Source of the DNA: Eledone cirrhosa
Lineage: Eukaryota
NCBI GenBank assembly: GCA_964016885.1
Contig: OZ024744.1
Location: forward strand, 5,766,001-5,830,000
Direction: 5' to 3'
DNA length: 64,000 nt
Positions 40,901 to 52,900 of this stretch are shown piece by piece. The position numbers were made by a program, and so were the translations under genes. Numbering within the stretch: position 1 is the first letter of the stretch; each line of letters begins with the position of its first letter. Below the pieces are notes generated by a model that was given only the letters and a program-made list of their open reading frames with translations, ran no database searches and was not told the origin of the DNA.

Positions 40901-43900
40901 AGTAGTAATGTTGGTGGTAGTAGTAATGTTGGTAGTAGTAGTAATGTTGGTGGTAGTAGTAATGTTGGTGGTAGTAGTAATGTTGGTGGTAGCAGTAATG
41001 TTGGTGGTAATAGTAATGTTGGTGGTAGTAGTAATGTTGGTGGTAGTAGTAATGTTGGTGGTAGTAGTAATGTTGGTGGTAGTAATGTTGGTAGTAGTAA
41101 TGTTGGTAGTAGTAGTAATGTTGGTGGTAGTAGTAATGTTGGTGGTAGTAGTAATGTTGGTGGTAGTAATAATGTTGGTGGTAGTAGTAATGTTGGTGGT
41201 AGTAGTAATGTTGGTGGTAATAGTAATGTTGGTGGTAGTAGTAATGTTGGTGGTAGTAGTAATGTTGGTGGTAGTAGTAATGTTGGTAGTAGTAATGTTG
41301 GTAGTATTAATGTTGGTAGTAGTAGTAATGTTGGTGGTAGTAGTAATGTTGGTGGTAGTAGTAATGTTGGTGGTAGTAGTAATGTTGGTGGTAGTAGTAA
41401 TGTTGGTGGTAGTAGTAATGTTGGTGGTAATAGTAATGTTGGTGGTAGTAGTAATGTTGGTGGTAGTAGTAATGTTGGTGGTAGTAGTAATGTTGGTGGT
41501 AGCAGTAATGTTGGTGGTAATAGTAATGTTGGTAGTAGTAATGTTGGTAGTAGTAATGTTGGTGTAGTAGTAATGTTGGTGGTAGTAGTAATGTTGGTGG
41601 TAGTAGTAATGTTGGTGGTAGTAGTAATGTTGGTGGTAGTAGTAATGTTGGTGGTAGTAGTAATGTTGGTGGTAGTAGTAATGTTGGTAGTAGTAGTAAT
41701 GTTGGTGGTAGTAGTAATGTTGGTGGTAGTAGTAATGTTGGTGGTAGTAGTAATGTTGGTGGTAGTAGTAATGTTGGTAGTAGTAGTAATGTTGGTGGTA
41801 GTAGTAATGTTGGTGGTAGTAGTAATGTTGGTGGTAGTAGTAATGTTGGTAGTTGTTGTAATGTTGGTGGTAGTTGTAATGTTGGTGGGTTAGTAATTGT
41901 TAGGTAGTAGTAGTATGTTGGTGGTAGTAGTAATGTTGGTGGTAGTAGTAATGTTGGTGGTAGTAGTAATGTTGGTAGTAGTAGTAATGTTGGTGGTAGT
42001 AGTAATGTTGGTGGTAGTAGTAATGTTGGTAGTAGTAGTAATGTTGGTGGTAGTTAGTAATGTTGGTGGTAATAGTAATGTTGGTAGTAGTAGTAATGTT
42101 GGTGTAGTAGTATGTGGTGGTAGTAGTAATGTTGGTAGTAGTAATGTTGGTAGTAGTAATGTTGGTGGTAGTAGTAATGTTGGTGGTAGTAGTAATGTTG
42201 GTGTAGTAGTAATGTGGTGGTAGTAGTAATGTTGGTGGTAGTAGTAATGTTGGTGTAGTAGTAATGTTGGTGGTAGTAGTAATGTTGGTGGAGGTGTAGT
42301 AATGTGGTAGTAGTAGTAATGTTGGTGGTAGTAGTAATGTTGGTGGTAGTAGTAATGTTGGTAGTAGTAGTAATGTTGGTGGTAGTTAGTAATGTTGGTG
42401 GTAATAGTAATGTTGGTAGTAGTAGTAATGTTGGTGGTAGTAGTAATGTTGGTGGTAGTAGTAATGTTGGTAGTAGTAATGTTGGTAGTAGTAATGTTGG
42501 TGGTAGTAGTATGTTGGTGGTAGTAGTAATGTTGGTGGTAGTAGTAATGTTGGTGGTAGTAGTAATGATGGTAGTAGTAGTAACGTTGGTGGTAGTAGTA
42601 ATGTTGGTAGTAGTAGTAATGTTGGTGGTAGTAGTAATGTTGGTGGTAGTAGTAATGTTGGTGGTAGTAGTAATGTTGGTGGTAGTAGTAATGTTGGTGG
42701 TAGTAGTAATGTTGGTGGTAGTAGTAATGTTGGTAGTAATAGTAATGTTGGTGGTAGTAGTAATGTTGGTGGTAGTAGTATGTTAGTGGTAGTAGTAATG
42801 TTGGTGGTAGTAGTAATGTTGGTGGTAGTAGTAATGTTGGTAGTAGTAGTAATGTTGGTAGTAGTAATGTTGGTGGTAGTAGTAATGTTGGTGGTAGTAG
42901 TAATGTTGGTGGTAGTAGTAATGTTGGTGGTAGTAGTAATGTTGGTGGTAGTAGTAATGTTGGTGGTAGTAGTAATGTTAGTGGTAGTTAGTAATGTTGG
43001 TAGTAGTAGTAATGTTGGTGGTAGTAGTAATGTTGGTGGTAGTAGTAATGTTGGTAGTAGTAGTAATGTTGGTAGTAGTAGTAATGTTGGTAGTAGTAGT
43101 AATGTTGGTGGTAGTAGTAATGTTGGTAGTAGTAGTAATGTTGGTGGTAATAGTAATGTGGTAGTAGTAGTAATGTTGGTGGTAGTTAGTAATGTTGGTG
43201 GTAGTAGTAATGTTGGTGGTAGTAGTAATGTTGGTGGTAGTAGTAATGTTGGTGGTAGTAGTAATGTTGGTGGTAGTAGTGTTGGTGGTAGTAGTAATGT
43301 TGGTGGTAGTAGTAATGTTGGTGGTAGTAGTAATGTTGGTGGTAGTTGTAATGTTGGTGGTAGTAGTAATGTTGGTGGTAGTAGTAATGTTGGTGGTAGT
43401 AGTAATGTTGGTGGTAGTAGTAATGTTGGTGGTAGCAGTAATGTTGGTAGTAGTAGTAATGTTAGTGGTAGTAGTAGTAATGTTGGTAGTAGTAGTAATG
43501 TTGGTGGTAGTAGTAATGTTGGTAGTAGTAGTAACGTTGGTGGTAGTAGTAATCTTGGTGGTAGTAGTAATGTTGGTGGTAGTAGTAATGTTGGTGGTAG
43601 TAGTAATGTTGGTAGTAGTAGTAATGTTGGTGGTAGCAGTAATGTTGGTAGTAGTAGTAATGTTAGTGGTAGTAGTAGTAATGTTGGTAGTAGTAGTAAT
43701 GTTGGTGGTAGTAGTAATGTTGGTGGTAGTAGTAATGTTGGTAGTAGTAGTAATGTTGGTGGTAGTAGTAATGTTGGTGGTAGTAGTATGTTGGTGGTAG
43801 TAGTAATGTTGATGGTAGTAGTAATGTTGGTGGTAGTAGTAATGTTGATGGTAATAGTAATGTTGGTGGTAGTAGTATGTTGATGGTAATAGTAATGTTG

Positions 43901-46900
43901 GTGGTAGTAGTAATGTTGATGGTAATAGTAATGTTGGTGGTAGTAGTAATGTTGGTGGTAGTAGTATGTTGGTGGTAGTAGTAATGTTGATGGTAGTAGT
44001 AATGTTGGTGGTAGTAGTAATGTTGATGGTAATAGTAATGTTGGTGGTAGTAGTAATGTTGATGGTAGTAGTAATGTGGTGGTAGTAGTAATGTTGATGG
44101 TAATAGTAATGTTGGTGGTAGTAGTAATGTTGATGGTATTAGTAATGTTGGTGTAGTAGTAATGTTGGTGGTAGTAGTAATGTTGGTAGTAGTAGTAATG
44201 TTGATGGTAGTAGTAATGTTGGTGGTAGTAGTAATGTTGATGGTAATAGTAATGTTGGTGGTAGTAGTAATGTTGGTGGTAGTTAGTAATGTTGGTGGTA
44301 GTAGTAATGTTGGTGGTAGTAGTAATGTTGGTGGGAGTAGTAATGTTGGTGGTAGTAGTAATGTTGGTGGTAGTAGTAATGTTAGTGGTAGTAGTAATGT
44401 TGGTAGTAGTAGTAATGTTGGTGGTAGTAGTAATGTTAGTGGTAGTAGTAATGTTGGTAGTAGTAGTAATGTTGGTAGTAGTAGTAATGTTGGTGGTAGT
44501 AGTAATGTTGGTAGTAGTAGTAATGTTGATGGTAATAGTAATGTTGGTGGTAGTAGTAATGTTGGTGGTAGTAGTAATGTTGGTAGTAGTAGTAATGTTG
44601 ATGGTAATAGTATGTTGGTGGTAGTAGTAATGTTGGTGGTAGTAGTAATGTTGGTAGTAGTAGTAATGTTGATGGTAATAGTAATGTTGGTGGTAGTAGT
44701 AATGTTGATGGTAATAGTAATGTTGGTGGTAGTTAGTAATGTTGGTGGTAGTAGTAATGTTGGTGGTAGTAGTAATGTTGGTGGTAGTAGTAATGTTGGT
44801 GGTAGTAGTAATGTTGGTAGTAGTAGTAATGTTGATGGTAATAGTAATGTTGGTGGTAGTAGTAATGTTGGTGGTAGTAGTAATGTTGGTAGTAGTAGTA
44901 ATGTTGGTGGTAGTAGTAATGTTGGTGGTAGTAGTAATGTGGTGGTAGTAGTAATGTTGGTAGTAGTAGTAATGTTGATGGTAATAGTAATGTTGGTAGT
45001 AGTAGTAATGTTGGTGGTAGTAGTAATGTTGGTGGTAGTAGTAATGTTGGTGGTAGTAGTAATGTTGGTGGTAGGTAATGTTGGTAGTAGTAATGTTGGT
45101 GGTAGTAGTAATGTTGGTGGTAGTAGTAATGTTGGTAGTAGTAGTAATGTTGATGGTAATAGTAATGTTGGTGGTAGTAGTAATGTTGGTGGTAGTAGTA
45201 ATGTTGGTAGTAGTAGTAATGTTGGTGGTAGTAGTAATCTTGGTGGTAGTAGTAATGTTGGTGGTAGTAGTAATGTTGGTAGTAGTAGTAATGTTGGTGG
45301 TAGTAGTAATGTTGGTGAGTAGTAATGTTGATGGTAATAGTAATGTTGGTGGTAGTAGTAATGTTGATGGTAATAGTAATGTTGGTGGTAGTAGTAATGT
45401 TGGTAGTAGTAGTAATGTTGGTGGTAGTAGTAATGTTGATGGTAGTTAGTAATGTTGGTAGTAGTAGTAATGTTGGTGGTAGTAGTAATGTTGGTAGTAG
45501 TAGTAATGTTGGTAGTAATAGTAATGTTGGTAGTAGTAGTAATGTTGATGGTAGTAGTAATGTTGGTGGTAGTAGTAATGTTGATGGTAATAGTAATGTT
45601 GGTAGTAGTAGTAATGTTGGTGGTAGTAGTAATGTTGGTGGTAGTAGTAATGTTGGTGGTAGTAGTAATGTTGGTGGTAGTAGTAATGTTGATGGTAGTA
45701 GTAATGTTGGTGGTAGTAGTAATGTTGGTGGTAGTAGTAATGTTGGTGGTAGTAGTAATGTTGGTGGTAGTAGTAATGTTGGTGGTAGTAGTAATGTTGG
45801 TGGTAGTAGTAATGTTGGTAGTAGTAGTAATGTTGGTGGTAGTAGTAATGGTGGTGGTAGTAGTAATGTTGGTAGTAGTAGTAATGTTGGTAGTAGTAAT
45901 AATGTTGGTGGTAGTAGTAATCTTGGTGGTAGTAGTAATGTTGGTAGTAGTAGTAATGTTGGTGGTAGTAGTAATGTTGGTAGTAGTAGTAATGTTGGTG
46001 GTAGTAGTAATGTTGGTGGTAGTAGTAATGTTGGTGGTAGTAGTAATGTTGGTGGTAGTAGTAATGTTGGTAGTAGTAATGTTGGTGGTAGTAGTAATGT
46101 TGGTGGTAGTTAGTAATGTTGGTGGTAGTTAGTAATGTTGGTGGTAGTAGTAATGTTGGTAGTAGTAATGTTGGTGGTAGTAGTAATCTTGGTGGTAGTA
46201 GTAATGTTGGTGGTAGTAGTAATGTTGGTGGTAGTAGTAATGTTGGTGGTAGTTAGTAATGTTGGTGGTAGTTAGTAATGTTGGTGGTAGTAGTAATGTT
46301 GGTAGTAGTAATGTTGGTGGTAGTAGTAATCTTGGTGGTAGTAGTAATGTTGGTGGTAGTAGTAATGTTGGTGGTAGTAGTAATGTTGGTGGTAGTTAGT
46401 AATGTTGGTGGTAGTTAGTAATGTTGGTGGTAGTAGTAATGTTGGTAGTAGTAATGTTGGTGGTAGTAGTAATCTTGGTGGTAGTAGTAATGTTGGTGGT
46501 AGTAGTAATGTTGGTGGTAGTAGTAATGTTGGTGGTAGTTAGTAATGTTGGTGGTAGTTAGTAATGTTGGTGGTAGTAGTAATGTTGGTAGTAGTAATGT
46601 TGGTGGTAGTAGTAATCTTGGTGGTAGTAGTAATGTTGGTGGTAGTAGTAATGTTGGTGGTAGTAGTAATGTTGGTGGTAGTTAGTAATGTTGGTGGTAG
46701 TTAGTAATGTTGGTGGTAGTAGTAATGTTGGTAGTAGTAATGTTGGTGGTAGTAGTAATCTTGGTGGTAGTAGTAATGTTGGTGGTAGTAGTAATGTTGG
46801 TAGTAGTGGTAATGTTGGTTGTAGTAGTAATGTTGGTGGTAGTAGTCATGTTGGTGGTAGTAGTAATGTTGGTGGTAGTAGTAATGTTGGTGGTAGTAGT

Positions 46901-49900
46901 AATGTTGGTGGTAATAGTAATGTTGGTAGTAGTAGTAATGTTGGTAGTAGTAGTAATGTTGTTGGTAGTAGTAATGTTGGTGGTAGTAGTAATGTTGGTG
47001 GTAATAGTAATGTTGGTAGTAGTAGTAATGTTGGTAGTAGTAGTAATGTTGGTGGTAGTAGTAATGTTGGTAGTAATAGTAATGTTGGTAGTAGTAGTAA
47101 TGTTGGTGGTAGTAGTAATGTTGGTGGTAGTAGTAATGTTGTTGTAGTAGTAATGTTGGTAGTAGTAGTAATGTTGGTAGTAGTAGTAATGTTTGTGGTA
47201 GTAGTAATGTTGGTGGTAGTAGTAATGTTGGTGGTAGTAGTAATGTTGGTGGTAGTAGTAATGTTGGTGGTAGTAGTAATGTTGGTAGTAGTAATGTTGG
47301 TGGTATTAGTAATGTTGGTGGTAGTAGTAATGTTGGTGGTAGTTAGTAATGTTGGTAGTAGTAGTAATGTTGGTGGTATTAGTAATGTTGGTGGTAGTAG
47401 TAATGTGGGTGGTAATAGTAATGTTGGTGGTAGTAGTAATGTTGGTGGTAGTAGTAATGTGGGTGGTAATAGTAATGTTGGTGGTAGTAGTAATGTTGGT
47501 AGTAGTAGTAATGTTGGTGGTAGTAGTAATGTTGGTGGTAGTAGTAATGTGGGTGGTAATAGTAATGTTGGTGGTAGTAGTAATGTTGGTGGTAGTAGTA
47601 ATGTTGGTAGTAGTAGTAATGTTGGTAGTAGTAGTAATGTTGGTGGTAGTAGTAATGTTGGTGGTAGTAGTAATGTTGGTAGTAGTAGTAATGTTGGTGG
47701 TAGTAGTAATGTTGGTGGTAGTAGTAATGTTGGTGGTAATAGTAATGTTGGTGGTAGTAGTAATGTTGGTGGTAGTAGTAATGTTGGTAGTAGTAATGTT
47801 GGTGGTAGTAGTAATGTTGGTAGTAGTAGTAATGTTGGTGGTAATAGTAATGTTGGTGGTAGTAGTAATGTTGTTGGTAGTAGTAATGTTGGTGGTAGTA
47901 GTAATGTTGGTGGTAGTAGTAATGTTGGTGGTAATAGTAATGTTGGTGGTAGTAGTAATGTTGGTGGTAGTAGTAATGTTGGTGGTAGTAGTAATGTTGG
48001 TGGTAGTAGTAATGTTGGTGGTTGTAGTACTGTTGGTGGTAGTAGTAATGTTGGTGGTAATAGTAATGTTGGTGGTAGTAGTAATGTTGGTAGTAGTAGT
48101 AATGTTGGTGGTAGTAGTAATGTTGGTGGTAGTAGTAATGTTGGTAGTAGTAATGTTGGTGGTAGTAGTAATGTTGGTAGTAGTAGTAATGTTGGTGGTA
48201 GTAGTAATGTTGGTGGTAGTAGTAATGTTGGTGGTAGTAGTAATGATGGTAGTAGTAATAATGTAGGTGGTAGTAGTAATGTTGGTGGTAGTAGTAATTT
48301 TGGTGGTAGTTGTAATGTTGGTGGTAGTAGTAATGTTGGTGGTAGTAGTAATGTTGGTGGTTGTAGTAATGTTGGTGGTAGTAGTAATGTTGGTAGTAGT
48401 AGTAATGTTGGTGGTAGTTAGTAATGTTGGTGGTAATAGTAATGTTGGTAGTAGTAATGTTGGTAGTAGTAATGTTGGTAGTAGTAGTAATGTTGGTGGT
48501 AGTAGTAATGTTGGTAGTAGTAATAATGTTGGTGGTAGTAGTAATGATGGTGGTAGTAGTAATGTTGGTGGTAGTAGTAATGTTGGTGGTAGTAGTAATG
48601 TTGGTGGTAGTAGTAATGTTGGTGGTAGTAGTAATGTTGGTGGTAGTTAGTAATGTTGGTGGTAGTAGTAATGTTGGTAGTAGTAGTAATGTTGGTAGTA
48701 GTAGTAATGTTGGTGGTAGTTAGTAATGTTGGTGGTAGTAGTAATGTTGGTAGTAGTAGTAATGTTGGTAGTAGTAGTAATGTTGGTGGTAGTAGTAATG
48801 TTGGTGGTAGTAGTAATGTTGGTAGTAGTAGTAATGTTGGTGGTAGTAGTAATGTTGGTGGTAATAGTAATGTTGGTGGTCGTAGTAATGCTGGTGGTAG
48901 TAGTAATGTTGGTGGTAGTAGTAATGTTGGTAGTAGTAATAATGTTGGTGGTAGTAGTAATGTTGGTGGTAGTAGTAATGTTGGTAGTAGTAATGTTGGT
49001 GGTAGTAGTAATGTTGGTGGTAGTAGTAATGTTGGTAGTAGTAGTAATGTTGGTGGTAGTAGTAATGTTGGTGGTAGTAGTAATGTTGGTGGTAGTAGTA
49101 ATGTTGGTGGTAGTAGTAATGTTGGTGGTAGTAGTAATGTTGGTAGTAGTAGTAATGTTGGTTGTAGTAGTAATGTTGGTGGTAGTAGTAATGTTGGTGG
49201 TAGTAGTAATGTTGGTGGTAGTAGTAATGTTGGTAGTAGTAGTAATGTTGGTGGTAGTAGTAATGTTGGTGGTAATAGTAATGTTGGTGGTAGTAGTAAT
49301 GTTGGTGGTAGTAGTAATGTTGGTAGTAGTAGTAATGTTGGTGGTAATAGTAATGTTGGTGGTAGTAGTAATGTTGGTGGTAGTAGTAATGTTGGTGGTA
49401 ATAGTAATGTTGGTGGTAGTAGTAATGTTGGTGATAGTAGTAATGTTGGTGGTAGTAGTAATGTTGGTGGTAATAGTAATGTTGGTGGTAGTAGTAATGT
49501 TGGTGGTAGTAGTAATGTTGGTGGTAGTAGTAATGTTGGTAGTAATAGTAATGTTGGTGGTAGTAGTAATGTTGGTGGTAGTAGTAATGTTGGTGGTAGT
49601 AGTAATGTTGGTAGTAATAGTAATGTTGGTGGTAGTAGTAATGTTGGTAGTAGTAGTAATGTTGGTGGTAATAGTAATGTTGGTAGTAGTAGTAATGTTG
49701 GTAGTAGTAGTAATGTTGGTGGTAGTAGTAATGTTGGTAGTAGTAATAATGTTGGTGGTAGTAGTAATGTTGGTGGTAGTAGTAATGTTGGTAGTAGTAA
49801 TGTTGGTGGTAGTAGTAATGTTGGTAGTAGTAGTAATGTTGGTGGTAGTTAGTAATGTTGGTGGTAGTTAGTAATGTTGGTGGTAGTAGTAATGTTGGTG

Positions 49901-52900
49901 GTAGTAGTAATGTTGGTAGTAGTAGTAATGTTGGTGGTTGTAGTAATGTTGGTGGTAGTAGTAATGTTGGTGGTAGTAGTAATGTTGGTAGTAGTAGAAA
50001 TGTTGGTTTGTAGTAGTAATGTTGGTATTAGTAGTAATGTTAGTGGTAGTAGTAATGTTGGTAGTAGTAGTAATGTTGGTGGTAGTAGTAATGTTGGTAG
50101 TAGTAATAATGTTGGTGGTAGTAGTAATGTTGGTAGTAATAGTTATGTTGGTGGTAGTAGTAATGTTGGTAGTAGTCATGTTGGTGGTAGTAGTAATGTT
50201 GGTGGTAGTAGTAATGTTGGTAGTAGTAATAATGTTGGTGGTAGTAGTAATGTTGGTGGTAGTAGTAATGTTGGTGGTAGTAGTAATGTTGGTGGTAGTA
50301 GTAATGTTGGTGGTAGTAGTAATGTTGATGGTAATAGTAATGTTGGTGGTAGTAGTAATGTTGGTGGTATTAGTAATGTTGGTGGTAGTAGTAATGTTGG
50401 TGGTAGTAGTAATGTTGATGGTAATAGTAATGTTGGTGGTAGTAGTAATGTTGGTGGTAGTAGTCATGTTGGTGGTAGTAGTAATGTTGGTGGTAGTAGT
50501 AATGTTGATGGTAATAGTAATGTTGGTGGTAGTAGTAATGTTGGTGGTATTAGTAATGTTGGTGGTAGTAGTAATGTTGGTATTAGTAGTAATGTTGGTA
50601 GTAGTAGTAATTGTGGTGGTAGTAGTAATGTTGGTGGTAGTAGTATTGTTGGTGGTAGTAGTAATGTTGGTAGTAGTAGTAATGTTGGTGGTAGTAATAA
50701 TGTTGGTGGTAATAGTAATGTTGGTGGTAGTAGTAATGTTGGTAGTAGTAATGTTGGTGGTAGTAGTAATGTTGGTGGTAGTAGTAATGTTGGTGGTAGT
50801 AGTAATGTTGGTGGTAGTAGTAATGTTGGTGGTAGTAGTAATGTTGGTGGTAGTAGTGATGTTGGTGGTAGTAGTAATGTTGGTGGTAGTAGTAATGTTC
50901 GTAGTAATAGTAATGTTGGTGGTAGTAGTAATGTTGGTAGTAGTAGTAATGTTGGTGGTAGTTAGTAATGTTGGTGGTAGTAGTAATGTTGGTGGTAGTA
51001 GTAATGTTGGTAGTAGTAGTAATGTTGGTGGTAGTAGTAATGTTGGTGGTAGTAGTAATGTTGGTGGTAGTAGTAATGTTGGTGGTAGTAGTAATGTTGG
51101 TAGTAGTAGTAAAGTTGGTAGTAGTAGTAATGTTGGTGGTAGTAGTAATGTTGGTGGTAGTAGTAATGTTGGTGGTAGTAGTAATGTTGGTAGTAATAGT
51201 AATGTTGGTGGTAGTAGTAATGTTGGTAGCAGTAGTAATGTTGGTAGTAGTAGTAATGTTGGTGGTAGTAGTAATGTTGGTGGTAGTAGTAATGTTGGTA
51301 GTAGTAGTAATGTTGATGGTAATAGTAATGTTGGTAGTAGTAGTAATGTTGGTGGTAGTAGTAATGTTGGTAGTAGTAGTAAAGTTGGTAGTAGTAGTAA
51401 TGTTGGTGGTAGTAGTAATGTTGGTGGTAGTTAGTAATGTTGGTGGTAGTAGTAATGTTGGTGGTAGTAGTAATGTTGGTAGTAGTAGTAATGTTGGTGG
51501 TAGTAGTAATGTTGGTGGTAGTAGTAATGTTGGTGGTAGTAGTAATGTTGGTGGTAGTAGTAATGTTGGTGGTAGTAGTAATGTTGGTAGTAGTAATGTT
51601 GGTGGTAGTAGTAATGTTGGTGGTAGTAGTAATGTTGGTGGTAGTAGTAATGTTGGTGGTAGTAGTAATGTTGGTGGTAGTTAGTAATGTTGGTGGTAAT
51701 AGTAATCTTGGTGGTAGTAGTAATGTTGGTAGTAGTAGTAATGTTGGTGGTAGTAGTGATGTTGGTAGTAGTAATGTTGGTAGTAGTAGTAATGTTGGTA
51801 GTAGTCATGTTGGTGGTAGTAGTAATGTTGGTGGTAATAGTAATGTTGGTGGTAGTAGTAATGTTGGTAGTAATAGTAATGTTGGTGGTAGTAGTAATGT
51901 TGGTGGTAGTAGTAATGTTGGTGGTAGTAGTAATGTTGGTGGTAGTAGTAATGTTGGTGGTAGTAGTAATGTTGGTAGTAGTAATGTTGGTGGTAGTAGT
52001 AATGTTGGTGGTAGTAGTAATGTTGGTAGTAGTCATGTTGGTAGTAGTAGTAATGTTGGTAGTAGTAGTAATGTTGGTAGTAGTAATGTTGGTGGTAGTA
52101 GTAATGTTGGTGGTAGTAGTGATGTTGGTAGTAGTAGTAATGTTGGTGGTAGTAGTAATGTTGGTGGTAGTAGTAATGTTGGTGGTAGCAGTAATGTTGG
52201 TGCTAGTAGTAATGTTGGTGGTAGTAGTAATGTTGGTGGTAGTAGTAATGTTGGTGGTAGTAGTAATGTTGGTAGTAGTCATGTTGGTGGTAATAGTAAT
52301 GTTGGTGGTAGTAGTAATGTTGGTGGTAGTAGTAATGTTGGTAGTAGTCATGTTGGTAGTAGTAGTAATGTTGGTAGTAGTAGTAATGTTGGTAGTAGTC
52401 ATGTTGGTGGTAGTAGTAATGTTGGTGGTAGTAGTAATGTTGGTGGTAATAGTAATGTTGGTGGTAGTAGTAATGTTGGTGGTAGTAGTAATGTTGGTGG
52501 TAGTAGTAATGTTGGTGGTAGTAGTAATGTTGGTGGTAGTAGTAATGTTGGTAGTAGTAATGTTGGTGGTAGTAGTAATGTTGGTAGTAATAGTAATGTT
52601 GGTGGTAGTAGTAATGTTGGTGGTAGTAGTAATGTTGGTGGTAGTAGTAATGTTGGTGGTAGTAGTAATGTTGGTAGTAGTAATGTTGGTGGTAGTAGTA
52701 ATGTTGGTGGTAATAGTAATGTTGGTGGTAGTAGTAATGTTGGTAGTAGTAATGTTGGTGGTAGTAGTAATGTTGGTAGTAATAGTAATGTTGGTGGTAG
52801 TAGTAATGTTGGTGGTAGTAGTAATGTTGGTGGTAGTAGTAATGTTGGTGGTAGTAGTAATGTTGGTGGTAGTTGTAATGTTGGTAGTAGTAGTAATGTT

